From contig CBDCXM010000009.1 in NCBI GenBank assembly GCA_965223855.1, forward strand, positions 1,152,001 to 1,216,000: a stretch of DNA of 64,000 bases. Reading direction: 5' to 3'. Shown here one piece after another: positions 10,797 through 20,792 of this stretch (position 1 is the first letter of the stretch; each line of letters starts with the position of its first letter). The notes beneath the pieces were generated by a model, which saw only the letters and a program-made list of their open reading frames with translations, made no database searches and was not told the origin of the DNA. The stretch is from Candidatus Multivoradales bacterium (GTDB lineage Bacteria; Acidobacteriota; Thermoanaerobaculia; Multivoradales; JAHEKO01). Position numbers and translations under genes: made by a program.

Positions 10797-13700
10797 CTAG
10801 TTCGGCATCCCGCGTCCCGTCGACCATGGCACGCCGGCGTCGTCCAGCGCCTGTTCGAGAGCCGGCAGCTCGTCGAAGAGGGTCTTCAACTCCGCTGCCA
10901 GCGCCGCGTACTCCTCGCGCACGATCTCGAGCTGGCGCTGCTGCGCCGGTGTCGGACCGTAGGTCGAGAAGGCGTTGCCGAACGAGACGTTGCCGAGGCG
11001 GTCGGCGATCGGGATGCTCTCGCGCTGGATGTTGTAGATCTCGTGGCGCTCGTCGCCGTCCCAGCGGAAGTGGAGGTCGAGCAGAGTGCGTCGCATCGTG
11101 CGGGTGCGCTCGGCGAGCGAGTGGTCCGCGACGGGCGCACGCTCGAGCGCCTCGAGCATGCCGTCGAGCTTTTCCTCCGCTTCGGTCATCACCTGGTGCG
11201 TGCCGCCGGTGCGGCGCTCGAACTCGGCGAGGTCCGAGAAGAAGGCGGCCACCTGCGCCGGCTCCATCCCGGGCAGGCCACGAGTGCGCAGCGGCACGAC
11301 CTCGAACGACTCGGCGAGGCCGAGGTCGGTGACCTCGCCGTCGACGCTCTTCGAGAGCGAAACGCTGTAGCTGCCCGGGGCGACGAGATAGCCGCTGCCG
11401 TTGTCGCCGAAGAAGCCGCCGCCTGCGCCGACGGGATCGCTCGATGGATGGCGCAAGTCCCAGGCGACACGATGGAAGCCGGCCGAGGTCGGACCGTCGA
11501 GGCGCCGCACGACGTTGCCAGAGGCGTCGCGGATCGTCAGGTGGATCGCCGGATCGGCCTCGAGCTCCTCCTCGCGCAGGGCGTCCCATCCGGGGTAGGG
11601 GGTGTCTTCCCCTTCCTTGGCGAGCTTCGCCTCCTCCTTCTGGCGCTTCTGCTTGGTGGTTTCGAGGCTCTCGGCGAGGTAGTAGGTCACCACGGCGCCG
11701 AACGGCGGGTTCGGGGCGACGTAGAACGAGTCGCCCTGGCTCCCCTTCTCGCCGAAGCCGTAGATCCGGCGGGGGATGTACCACTTGGCTTCGCGCACCG
11801 GGAAGAGCAGCGCCTCGCTCGCGAGCGCCTCCTCGTTGACGTGCCGCAGCGGCGTGTAGTCGTCGAAGATGAAGAAGCCGCGGCCGAAGGTCGCACCGAC
11901 AAGATCGTTCTCGCGAGTCTGGATGGCGAGGTCGCGGAACGAGATGTTCGGCACGCCGCCGGTGAGCTCGATCCACTGCTCGCCGCCGTCGACGGTGAAG
12001 AAGACCCCGAACTCGGTGCCGGCGAAGAACAGCTCCGGATCGACGTGGTCCTGAACCAGCCGCCAGACGAGGTGGCGCTCCGGCAGATCGCCGGCCATCG
12101 ACTTCCAGCTGCGCCCGCGGTCGGTCGAACGGTAGAGGTACGGTGCGAAGTCGCCCGCCTTGTGCTGGTCGACCGCCACGTAGACCGTATCGGCGTCGTG
12201 GAGGTCGGCCTTGATGTCGTTGACGAAGAAGAAGTCGTCGACGCCCGGAAGCGAGTCGACCTCGCGCCAGGTCGCGCCGCCGTCCTCGGTGATCTGAACG
12301 AGGCCATCGTCACTGCCGGCGTAGATGAGATTCTCGTCGAGCGGCGACTGGGACAGCGAGGTGATCGTGCCGTACTGCGACATGGCATAGAGGTCCCAGG
12401 CGGCGTCGATGCTCCACACCCGTCCCATCATCGGCTCGGTGAGACGGTCGAGGCCGCGGGTCAGGTCGCCCGAGATGGTCCGCCACGAGTCGCCACGGTC
12501 GTCGCTCTGCCAGACCCGATGGCCGGCGAAGAAGATCGTCGTCGGGTCGTGGGGGCTGATGAGGATCGGCGAATCCCAGTTGAAGCGCTCGCTCGGCTCG
12601 CCCTGCTCGGGCTGCGGCTTGATGTAGACGATCTCGCCCGTCTTGCGGTCCCAGCGGACGAGATTGCCCTCCTGCCACTCCGAGTAGACGATGTTCGGAT
12701 CGGACGGGTCGATCGCCGGCTGATGACCGTCGGCGAAGACCGTGATCTCCCAGTCGGCATTGCGGATGCCGGAGCTGTTGTCGGTGCGCGACGGTCCGTA
12801 CTGCGTGCTGTTGTCCTGGGTGCCGCCGACCACGTGGTAGAAGGGCTCGTCGTAGTCGACCGCGACCTTGTAGAACTGTGTCACCGGCAGGTTGGCGGCG
12901 AACTTCCAGGTCGAGCCGAGATCCCAGCTCTCATAGATGCCGCCGTCGGTGCCGGCGAGCAGGTAGTGCGGGTCGTGCTTGCTGAAGGCGAGCGCGTGGT
13001 TGTCGCCGTGCTTCGTCTGCTGGTTGAGCGAGATGAAGTTCTCGCCGCCGTCCTCCGTCACGCTCTGGGCGTTGTTCATCTGGTAGACGCGGTCGAACTG
13101 GTGCGGGCTGGCGATGAGCTCCTGGTAGTAGTGCGGGCCGGTGCCGCCGGAGACGAAGTCGCTCCGCTTCTCCCAGCTCTCGCCACCGTCGGTGGAGCGG
13201 AAGAAGCCGCCCTCCCGGGCGCCGAGTTCGATCGTCGCGTAGACGACGTTCGACTGGAGCGGCGAGTAGGCGAGGCCGATCTTCCCCTTGTCTCCCGACG
13301 GGATGCCGCTCGTGAGTTCCCGCCAGGTGGCGCCGCCGTCGGTCGACTTGTGAATTCCGCTCTCCGGGCCGCCGTTCATCAGCGCGGCGACGTTGCGGAA
13401 GCGCTGATGAGTCGCCGCCAGCAGGGTCTGCGGGTCGTCCGGGTGCATCACCACCTCGTTGACGCCGGTGTACTCGCCGACGCCGAGGATCTTCTCCCAG
13501 CTCTCGCCGCCGTCGGTCGACTTGTAGAGCCCGCGCTCGCCGCCGGCGGACCACAGCGGGCCCTGCGAAGCGACGTAGATCGTGTTCGAGTCGGTCGGGT
13601 CGATGACGATGTTTCCGATGTGCTCGGACTCCGAGAGCCCCTTCGACTCCCACGACTTGCCGCCGTCGCGGCTGACGTAGACGCCGTCGCCGTAGGCGAC

Positions 13701-14087
13701 GTGACGGCCGCCGACGTTCTCGCCGGTGCCGACCCAGAGCACATCGGGGTTGTTCGGGTCGAGAGTCAGGCAGCCGATCGAGTACGACGGCTGGCTGTCG
13801 AAGATCGACTCCCAGGTGGTGCCGGCGTTGGTGGTCTTCCAGATGCCGCCGCTACCGATCGCGACCCACCAGACCGATTCGTCTTCGGGGTGCATGACGA
13901 TGTCGGAGACCCGGCCCGACATCATCGCCGGCCCGATGCCGCGCAGTTCGAGGCCGGCGAACGTCGCCGCCTTCATCTTCGAGTCGTCTTCTTCCTCGTG
14001 ATCGTCCGCCCAGGCGCCGGGAAGCGGCAGGAGCAGGAGAGCGAAGAGCGCGAGCAGGGTGTAGAGCGGCGTCGAACGTCGGTCCAT
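10797..14087 (-). CDS. VPS10/sortilin-like BNR-repeat (glycosyl hydrolase-like) secreted protein
   Basis: Signal peptide, RGIGPAMMSGR, many SxDGGxxW Asp-boxes, GGTQDN, GATFGRG, C-terminal coiled coil. Confidence 0.88.
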   Translation of the reverse strand: MDRRSTPLYTLLALFALLLLPLPGAWADDHEEEDDSKMKAATFAGLELRGIGPAMMSGRVSDIVMHPEDESVWWVAIGSGGIWKTTNAGTTWESIFDSQPSYSIGCLTLDPNNPDVLWVGTGENVGGRHVAYGDGVYVSRDGGKSWESKGLSESEHIGNIVIDPTDSNTIYVASQGPLWSAGGERGLYKSTDGGESWEKILGVGEYTGVNEVVMHPDDPQTLLAATHQRFRNVAALMNGGPESGIHKSTDGGATWRELTSGIPSGDKGKIGLAYSPLQSNVVYATIELGAREGGFFRSTDGGESWEKRSDFVSGGTGPHYYQELIASPHQFDRVYQMNNAQSVTEDGGENFISLNQQTKHGDNHALAFSKHDPHYLLAGTDGGIYESWDLGSTWKFAANLPVTQFYKVAVDYDEPFYHVVGGTQDNSTQYGPSRTDNSSGIRNADWEITVFADGHQPAIDPSDPNIVYSEWQEGNLVRWDRKTGEIVYIKPQPEQGEPSERFNWDSPILISPHDPTTIFFAGHRVWQSDDRGDSWRTISGDLTRGLDRLTEPMMGRVWSIDAAWDLYAMSQYGTITSLSQSPLDENLIYAGSDDGLVQITEDGGATWREVDSLPGVDDFFFVNDIKADLHDADTVYVAVDQHKAGDFAPYLYRSTDRGRSWKSMAGDLPERHLVWRLVQDHVDPELFFAGTEFGVFFTVDGGEQWIELTGGVPNISFRDLAIQTRENDLVGATFGRGFFIFDDYTPLRHVNEEALASEALLFPVREAKWYIPRRIYGFGEKGSQGDSFYVAPNPPFGAVVTYYLAESLETTKQKRQKEEAKLAKEGEDTPYPGWDALREEELEADPAIHLTIRDASGNVVRRLDGPTSAGFHRVAWDLRHPSSDPVGAGGGFFGDNGSGYLVAPGSYSVSLSKSVDGEVTDLGLAESFEVVPLRTRGLPGMEPAQVAAFFSDLAEFERRTGGTHQVMTEAEEKLDGMLEALERAPVADHSLAERTRTMRRTLLDLHFRWDGDERHEIYNIQRESIPIADRLGNVSFGNAFSTYGPTPAQQRQLEIVREEYAALAAELKTLFDELPALEQALDDAGVPWSTGRGMPN

Positions 14088-14277
14088 CTTGGGAGTTCTC
14101 CTCGAGAGAGTGATCCGGTACGGCGAGTCGGGAAGGTTAGCAAGGTACGAAACCGGAGAGCGCCGTGTTGCGTCCTCTCTGATGAAGGGCGCGGACTCCG
14201 GGGCCGGGAGGGATCGCTTCCGGTCGAGTACCGGCGAGGTCGCGCCGTCGCAAACATCAAGAGGGAAGGGAGCCACG

Positions 14278-15336
14278 ATGAACGACAGTCGACCGACGAA
14301 GTTTCTGCTCTGGTGTGCCGGTGCCGATCGCCGGCTGCTCGACCGGGTCCCTGCCACCGAGCGCACCCGCCAGGTCGGCCTCGGGACGCTCGTTCTCGTG
14401 CCGGCGGTCCTCGCGCTGGTGTCGATGAGCTATGCCCTCTCGACCCTGACCGACGCACCCGCCGTCTACTGGGGCGGCGGCCTCCTGTGGGCGGCGATCG
14501 TCTTCTGCTTCGATCGCTACGTCGTCTCGACCCTGCGCAAGTCCGAGTCGGTCGCCGCCGACCTCGGGTCTCCGATCTTCCTCAGCCGGGTGCTGCTGGC
14601 CGCCTTCGTCGGCATCGTCGTCGCCCATCCGCTGGTGCTACTGGTTTTCGATCGCTCGATCGAGCAGCGTCTCGATCGTGACGAGCGAGGGGTGCGCCGG
14701 GCGATGGCGATCGAGAGCACCGCGACGATCGAGGAACTGCGGGAGGAGATCGCCGCTCGTGAGGCAGGTCTCGAACGGCTCGCCGAGCGGCGCAACCGAC
14801 TCCAGCAGACCCTGACCGAGGAGATCGACGGCATCGTCACCGGCCGCACGACCGGCATCGCGGGCCGCGGAGCCTCGGCGCGGGAGAAGGAGCGGCAGCT
14901 CGTGCTCGCCGAAGAGGAGTTCGAACGGATGCGGACTTCGGTGGACGAACAGGTGGCAGGGCTGCGAGCCGAGATCGGTGATCTGCAGGCGGTCGATCGG
15001 TCGGGCGCGGCCGCCTTCTCGGCTTCACGCGACTACCTGGCGCGGGTGGAAGCGCTGGCCGCTCTGGCGACCGAGTCGCGCCACGTGCGGTGGGTGCAGG
15101 CGTTCCTGATCCTCTTCTTCGTGTTCGTCGACACCCTGCCGATCCTCTTCAAGGGGATGTCGGCCCGGGGCCCGTACGACGAGCTCCTGGCGGCGGAGGA
15201 GCTCGATTCTTCGCTCGCCACCTCAGCGCGGACCGAATCGCTCGAGGGCGATGCTCTCGTCGCCCGGCGGGCGCGGGCGCGTGAGTTCCATCTGGACGGC
15301 GGCGGCTACTCGAGCCTCGACGAAACCGGCGTCTGA
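14278..15336 (+). CDS. DUF4407 family membrane coiled-coil protein
   Basis: WCAGAD, three N-terminal TMs, FDRY, coiled coil, GRG loop, C-terminal TM with DTLPILFK. Confidence 0.75.
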   Translation: MNDSRPTKFLLWCAGADRRLLDRVPATERTRQVGLGTLVLVPAVLALVSMSYALSTLTDAPAVYWGGGLLWAAIVFCFDRYVVSTLRKSESVAADLGSPIFLSRVLLAAFVGIVVAHPLVLLVFDRSIEQRLDRDERGVRRAMAIESTATIEELREEIAAREAGLERLAERRNRLQQTLTEEIDGIVTGRTTGIAGRGASAREKERQLVLAEEEFERMRTSVDEQVAGLRAEIGDLQAVDRSGAAAFSASRDYLARVEALAALATESRHVRWVQAFLILFFVFVDTLPILFKGMSARGPYDELLAAEELDSSLATSARTESLEGDALVARRARAREFHLDGGGYSSLDETGV

Positions 15337-15370
15337 AGCCGGGTGACAGGAACGCGGCCGGGGTGCCTCG

Positions 15371-16456
15371 CTACCCGCTGCCGCTTCCGCGGCCGGAGAC
15401 GAGGGTCGAGATCTTGTCGTTCACGACCTCCTGGACTCGCTGCGAGAAGAGCTCGCTCTTGGTGCGAGCCTTGTTGAGCAGGCGGCGCGCCTTGCGCGGC
15501 TCGCCGCGATCGAACTGGATCCGGGCGAGGTGAAGGTAGATCTCGGGCAGGTCCGGTTCGAGCCGTCGCGCGCGCTGGAGCATCTGCTCGGCGGCGGCGA
15601 CGTCCCTGACTTCGAGCATCCGCTCCGCTTCGGCGACGAGGAAGAACGGGTTCTGCGTCTGGAGCTGGAGCAGTCGGGCGTTGACCTCCTCGGCCTCGTC
15701 ATGCTGCCCGGTACGCCGATAGAGGCCCGAGAGGTTCTCGAGTGCCGACAGCAGTTCCGGCTCCAGTTCGAGGGCCCGCTCGAGAGCGACGAACGCTCCC
15801 GAGAAGTCGTCCTGACGACGCTTGAGGATGGCGACGTTGTTCCAGGTGGCGGCGAAATCGGGGTCGATCTCGAGTGCGACGTCGAACCATCGCTCGGCGG
15901 TGTCGAGGTCGTCGTCGATCAGAGCCTCGGTCGCGATCGCCTTGTAGTAGTGGGCCATCGCCCGCGCGTCGCTGATGGAGCGCAGCTCGTAGTAGCTCTT
16001 GGCCTGGCCGGGGAGAAAATCGATGGTCAGCAGCTCGCCACCGACCCGTACCCCGCCGACGATGTGATCGCTCCTCACGACCACTCCGTCATCGCGGTAG
16101 AAGACCTCGTAGTCTTCGACCTCGACGAAGTGCGCCTTGAGCCCGGCGCTGCGCCCGAGAGCGACGAACAGGTTGACCAGCGAGAGACAGTTGCCGGCCC
16201 GCTCTTCGAACGCCTCGGCGCCCGTAAGGGTGGGCCGCCTGCGGTAGGTGAAGCCGAGGCCGTCCTCTTTGTCGAAGATCAGCTCGACGATCGCCTGCAT
16301 CTTCGCCTCGGTGCCCCGCGGGAGTTCCCCGAGGCGGGCCTTCATCTCGGCCGTCGCCTCGAAGGGCGACGGAGCCGGGCCTTCGTAGGCGGTGGCCGTC
16401 GTGACCCCGGCCTGGGTCAGCAGGCCTGCGACGATGGCGAGGGCACGCAGTCTCAT
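15371..16456 (-). CDS. Secreted transglutaminase-like domain + TPR protein
   Basis: Signal peptide; GNCLS, DHIV, IDF as a putative Cys-His-Asp triad; C-terminal TPRs (WNNVA, ALENL). Confidence 0.78.
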   Translation of the reverse strand: MRLRALAIVAGLLTQAGVTTATAYEGPAPSPFEATAEMKARLGELPRGTEAKMQAIVELIFDKEDGLGFTYRRRPTLTGAEAFEERAGNCLSLVNLFVALGRSAGLKAHFVEVEDYEVFYRDDGVVVRSDHIVGGVRVGGELLTIDFLPGQAKSYYELRSISDARAMAHYYKAIATEALIDDDLDTAERWFDVALEIDPDFAATWNNVAILKRRQDDFSGAFVALERALELEPELLSALENLSGLYRRTGQHDEAEEVNARLLQLQTQNPFFLVAEAERMLEVRDVAAAEQMLQRARRLEPDLPEIYLHLARIQFDRGEPRKARRLLNKARTKSELFSQRVQEVVNDKISTLVSGRGSGSG

Positions 16457-16538
16457 GTGCGGTTCAACGGGCTTGGACCGAACGGGCATTCCGTCCCGTC
16501 CGGCGTCGAGTGGTGCGGGCGCCGGCAGTCAGCGCTCT

Positions 16539-19052
16539 CTACTGGATATAACCGAGCGAGCGCAGTTGCTGCAACTGCTCGGGGGATAGCTCGACGTCGC
16601 CGGCGGCCTGGAAGCGACCGGCCAGAGCCTGATGCGCCTCCCACTGCTCGAGCAGCAGCGCTCGGTAGCGCTCGACCAGTTCCGGGTACTCCTCGTTGAC
16701 GGCCCTGGTGGCGAACGGGTCCGCGTCCAGGTCGTAGAGCAGCAGGCGCGGCACTTCGGGGAAGTGCGGGTGGAGCGCCCCCCATCGACCGCCGACCGGC
16801 ACGGCGTAGCGGCCCCTGCCCGGTTCGCTCCCCTCGGGCTGCGGCCCGATCTCGAGCGACGCCCCCCAGCGGCCGTCCACGATCTCGAGATTGCCGATCA
16901 GTTCGCCGCTCGCCTCGTCGATCCGGAACTCGTCGAGGATCACCGGTCGCAGCTCCTGACCTCCACCGCCGAGCATCGGAGCCAGCGACTGTCCCTGGAG
17001 AACTTCGGGCAGCGGCAGGCCGACGAGCTCGAGTACGGTCGGCAGCACGTCGATCATCGACACCGGATCGGCGAAGCGCTGACCTGCCGGGATCCTGCCC
17101 GGCCAGATGAAGATCAGCGGCACGCGTGAGGAGTAGGCGTCGAAAAGCGCTCCCTGCCACGGCTCCGGCTGCGGATCGAGCCGACCGCGACCCCAGCGGG
17201 CGAACGAGCCTGCCGGATGACCGTGGTCGGCGCCGATGACGAGCAGGGTGTTCTCCCACTCGCCGCGCCGTTTGAGCTCTGCCACGAGAGCGGCGAGCTC
17301 GTGATCCTGGTGGAGCATCGTCTCGTCGTGGAGATCGCGTCGGCCGTCGAAGTAGGTGCCGCGGTCGATCCCCGTCTGGGTCATCGCCCGGTCGTAGAAG
17401 TCGGCGATCGAGGTGCGTCCGAAGAGGTAGCCGGCGGAGCGGAACATCTGCTGCTCCCAGCCGCGCAACTCCTCGTGCCGCTCCTCGCTGATCCAGGTGC
17501 CGGCGTGCGGCGCTTCCGGGTGGTTCGGCTCATGGACGTCGGTCGTCTGGAAGTGAGTCCAGGTCGGGCCTCCCGGGTAGGCGCTTCGCAGCCCCCAGTA
17601 GCGCTCATGGAGCTCGTGCGACGAGGTCGAATGATGCTCGACTCCGCTGTCGCGCAGCACATCGACCCCCTTCTCGAGCCCCAGAATCCGTCCGGCGTTC
17701 GGATTGGCGCCGAAGGAGGAGGTCTGGTAGCCCGCAGCACGGAAGTGCTCGGCCATCGTCGTGGCGTTCGCCGGCACGGCGGTCGAATGCACGCCGCGTC
17801 GCAGGCCCCCCAGCACGCTGTGCTGGAGCGAAGTCATGAACGAGACGGTGGACGGCTGGGTCCAGGTGGCATTCGAGTAGGCGCGCTCGAAGACCGCCCC
17901 CTCGGCGGCGAGAGCCTCGAGGAACGGCGTCGTCGGCCGTTCGTAGCCGTAGACGCTCATGAAGTCGCTGCCGCCGCCGTCGATGACGTAGAAGATGACG
18001 TTGGGCCGTTCTCCGGAAGGGGAGCCCGAGACGATCGGCGCTCCCCAGAAGGCGACCGCCCCTTCGCGCTCGCTCTCGGCCTCGAACGTGAGCCGAGCGG
18101 TGTCGCCTCCGAGCGCGGCGAGGTCGATCGAGCGTTGCTGCCAGCTCGCGGCGTCGGCGACGGTCTCCTCCCACAGGGTCTCCCTCTTCTCACCGTCGCC
18201 GGCGGTCACCCGGTAGGTGACCGGTTCCCCGGGAGCTGTCGTCACACCGAGGTCGAGACGTCCCCCCTCGGGAATCTCGACCTCCCACGTGAGCGATGCG
18301 GGCACGTGGGCGAACAGGGTGCTGCGGGTCTCGCCGTCTCGCACGACGTGGGTGCTGCCGGAATCGTCGAGGTAGCTGGCGCCGCGCGGGACGAGCTCGA
18401 TCGACTGGAGGTCGATCGAAGCCGGATCGACGGCGGCGACCAGGATCCCGAAGTCCTCGAGCGGCGTGCCGGCGCCCTCCCCCTCGCGCGGGCGCAGGGG
18501 AATCGAGTAGATCTGCTCCGAGCCGTCGCTGAAGACCGGCGGCGCCTCGTCGGTCGAGAAGAAGAACACCATGTCGTTGGGGAGCGCTCCGGCGTCGCCG
18601 GTGTTGTGCACCACCGTCATGCCGGCGAACCTCTGATTCGACCGTGCGCGGATCTTCACCGCCTCGAAGTCCTCGAGCAGCAAGCCGTCCTCGAGTGCAT
18701 GGCCGACGCCGCCGATGCGGAGCATCGTCCGCGGCGCGGGAGGCAGATCGACGGACAGTCGCAGCGCTCCTTCGACCGGCTCGAGCGAGACCGCCGACAG
18801 GACCGGGCCGACCTCGAAGTCGAGGGGGTACCAGCCGGGCTGCGGCTCATGGAAGCTCCACCGGCGCTGCTGACGCGCGACGAGCGGCGCGGCGCCCGAC
18901 TCGACGGTCGCCGTGTCGAAGCGAGCGAACAGGTTGACGAGCCCCGAGGTCCCGGCAGTCGGGGTCGTGTCGGGGCTGCACGCCGCGAGGGGGATCAGGG
19001 TGGCGGCGAGGGTGCAGGCCAGGGCCCTGTCGGTCAGGCGCAGCTCAATCAT
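16539..19052 (-). CDS. Lipoprotein, sulfatase-like hydrolase (alkaline phosphatase superfamily)
   Basis: LAAC lipobox, RPNVIFYVID, AYSNATWTQPS, DVHEP, ADHG, VSMIDVLPT, C-terminal LRSLGYIQ. Confidence 0.85.
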   Translation of the reverse strand: MIELRLTDRALACTLAATLIPLAACSPDTTPTAGTSGLVNLFARFDTATVESGAAPLVARQQRRWSFHEPQPGWYPLDFEVGPVLSAVSLEPVEGALRLSVDLPPAPRTMLRIGGVGHALEDGLLLEDFEAVKIRARSNQRFAGMTVVHNTGDAGALPNDMVFFFSTDEAPPVFSDGSEQIYSIPLRPREGEGAGTPLEDFGILVAAVDPASIDLQSIELVPRGASYLDDSGSTHVVRDGETRSTLFAHVPASLTWEVEIPEGGRLDLGVTTAPGEPVTYRVTAGDGEKRETLWEETVADAASWQQRSIDLAALGGDTARLTFEAESEREGAVAFWGAPIVSGSPSGERPNVIFYVIDGGGSDFMSVYGYERPTTPFLEALAAEGAVFERAYSNATWTQPSTVSFMTSLQHSVLGGLRRGVHSTAVPANATTMAEHFRAAGYQTSSFGANPNAGRILGLEKGVDVLRDSGVEHHSTSSHELHERYWGLRSAYPGGPTWTHFQTTDVHEPNHPEAPHAGTWISEERHEELRGWEQQMFRSAGYLFGRTSIADFYDRAMTQTGIDRGTYFDGRRDLHDETMLHQDHELAALVAELKRRGEWENTLLVIGADHGHPAGSFARWGRGRLDPQPEPWQGALFDAYSSRVPLIFIWPGRIPAGQRFADPVSMIDVLPTVLELVGLPLPEVLQGQSLAPMLGGGGQELRPVILDEFRIDEASGELIGNLEIVDGRWGASLEIGPQPEGSEPGRGRYAVPVGGRWGALHPHFPEVPRLLLYDLDADPFATRAVNEEYPELVERYRALLLEQWEAHQALAGRFQAAGDVELSPEQLQQLRSLGYIQ

Positions 19053-19199
19053 CGGTGCACTCCCAGGGTTGCGTTGCAGCGAAGAGGCGGGCAGGCGCGG
19101 CGGCCTGCCCCAGCGGTCTGCTCGGGGACCTGTTGAGTATAGGTGCCTGGTCGGGAGCGGAATTCCCGGGCGGCCGTCGACCTCCCCGCTGGCCAGTCT

Positions 19200-20753
19200 T
19201 CAGTCGAGGTAGCCGAGCGCCCGCAGATCGTCGAGGATCGCCTCGTCGGCCTCGGAGGCGGTGGTCGAGGAGCCCTCGAGCGTGCCCCACGACTCGACCC
19301 GGCGGACAGGCCGATTCCGCAGCTCCGATGTGAAGAGCGAGAGGAACGGCTCGCCGGCGAAGTCTTCGGCGACCGGGAGGCGCAGTGCGTGGAGCAGGGT
19401 CGGCGTGATGTCGTGGATGTCGAAGCCTTCGAGGGTGACGCCGGTCTCGACGTCCGGCCCGGCGGCGAAGAAGACACCGGCGGTGTGATCGCTGTGGGAG
19501 CCCGACAACCGCTCGATCGGAGGGAGGAAGTCGTCCCAACGTCGATCGCCGTAGAGAAGGTCGCGCGTCGCGCCGTTCGTGAAGACCTCGACGACGAGGT
19601 CGGCGTCCTCGCCGGCTGAGGGCTCCGCGGGCTCTTTGAACACCGGTTCGCCGCCCGCGTAGCTGATCGTCGCCAGCCCGGCGGCGAGCCGGCGTCGGAT
19701 CCGCTCTCGCTCGGCCGGCTCGACCTGCGGCCCGAACCTGAGCTTCTTGCGGGTGCGGAAGTGGGGAGTCTCGTGGACGAAGAGGCTCGTCTTCTCCCAG
19801 CGGATGCCGTCTGGGCCGCGCTGCTGCAACCCCAGCCGGACGAGCACCTGGTCGAAGTTGAGGAACAGCCGCACCCGCTCGCTGCGCATGGCGTGAAAGC
19901 CGTGATCCGACAGCACGACGACGTTGGTGTCGGGCCCCGCGGCGGCGACCAGCCGGCCGATCGCGATGTCGAGAGCCCGGTAGGCGTCGGGCACCAGCTC
20001 ACGCTCGTCGTCGCGGAACTCGGCGCCGGGGAACGCCTCCGGCTCCCAGTACTTCCAGAAGCGGTGGCTCGCGATATCGACGCTCCGCAGATAGGAGAGC
20101 ACGAGCTCGAAGTCGAGTTCGAGCAGCCGCAGCGTCGCTTCGAGCGTCAGGTCGTCGCGCTCGGCGCTCGCCAGCCGGGCATCGAAGAGCAGCCCATCGG
20201 CACCCGCCGCTTCGCTCCATTCGGCCACCGTCGCCGTGAGGTCGGGCGGAAACACGGCGTCTTCGAGCCCGTGCTTCCAGCGATCGCTCAGCACCACACC
20301 GTGGACCGGTTCCGCCGGCCAGCTCACCCACCAGCTCACCACCGCGACCCGCCGGCCGGCGGTGGAGAGCATGTTCCACAGCGCCGGCACCTTCCTTACC
20401 GTCGAGGAGACGGGCACGTCGCCGCGCTCGGTGGGGACGGCGAAGTCGGTGATGCCGTGCACCTCGGGGACCGTCCCGGTGGCGACCGTCGTCCAGATGA
20501 CGGGTGAGGAGCCGTAGTCGGTCCCCAGCCGCCCGGCGCTGCCGGCTGCCGCCAGCGCTCGCAGGTGCGGGAGCTCACCCCGGCTCCAGAGAGCCTCGAT
20601 GACGTTCCATTCCGCACCGTCGACACCGACCACCAGCCATCTCGGCTCCTGTTCGGGACGGGGGTCGGCGCATCCGCTCAGCAGCGGGATGGCGAGCGCA
20701 ACGATGGAGAGCAAGCCGCGAACGAAGCGGAGGCGATGAGGGCGTCCGGGCAT
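19200..20753 (-). CDS. Lipoprotein, type I phosphodiesterase/nucleotide pyrophosphatase family
   Basis: LSGC lipobox, VVGVDGA, SPVIWTTVATG, SDHGF, DITPT, C-terminal LRALGYLD. Confidence 0.85.
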   Translation of the reverse strand: MPGRPHRLRFVRGLLSIVALAIPLLSGCADPRPEQEPRWLVVGVDGAEWNVIEALWSRGELPHLRALAAAGSAGRLGTDYGSSPVIWTTVATGTVPEVHGITDFAVPTERGDVPVSSTVRKVPALWNMLSTAGRRVAVVSWWVSWPAEPVHGVVLSDRWKHGLEDAVFPPDLTATVAEWSEAAGADGLLFDARLASAERDDLTLEATLRLLELDFELVLSYLRSVDIASHRFWKYWEPEAFPGAEFRDDERELVPDAYRALDIAIGRLVAAAGPDTNVVVLSDHGFHAMRSERVRLFLNFDQVLVRLGLQQRGPDGIRWEKTSLFVHETPHFRTRKKLRFGPQVEPAERERIRRRLAAGLATISYAGGEPVFKEPAEPSAGEDADLVVEVFTNGATRDLLYGDRRWDDFLPPIERLSGSHSDHTAGVFFAAGPDVETGVTLEGFDIHDITPTLLHALRLPVAEDFAGEPFLSLFTSELRNRPVRRVESWGTLEGSSTTASEADEAILDDLRALGYLD

Positions 20754-20792
20754 CGGCCGCCAGAGGCTATCCCGGATAGTGGGGTGGCGCCG

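Noticed and set aside
12100-13850. Recurrent similar segments in the VPS10 gene and in the kinase genes
   Set aside because: Coding Asp-box and PD40 repeats, not CRISPR or mobile DNA.
11043-14681. Very long alternative ORFs (11043..14681 +, 26180..29797 -, 31975..34875 -, 31983..34724 + and others)
   Set aside because: Antisense or off-frame shadows of real genes, expected at high GC; they have no motifs and are low-complexity.
14278-15336. DUF4407 gene as a defence or island marker
   Set aside because: Solitary, with composition like its neighbours and no mobility genes nearby.
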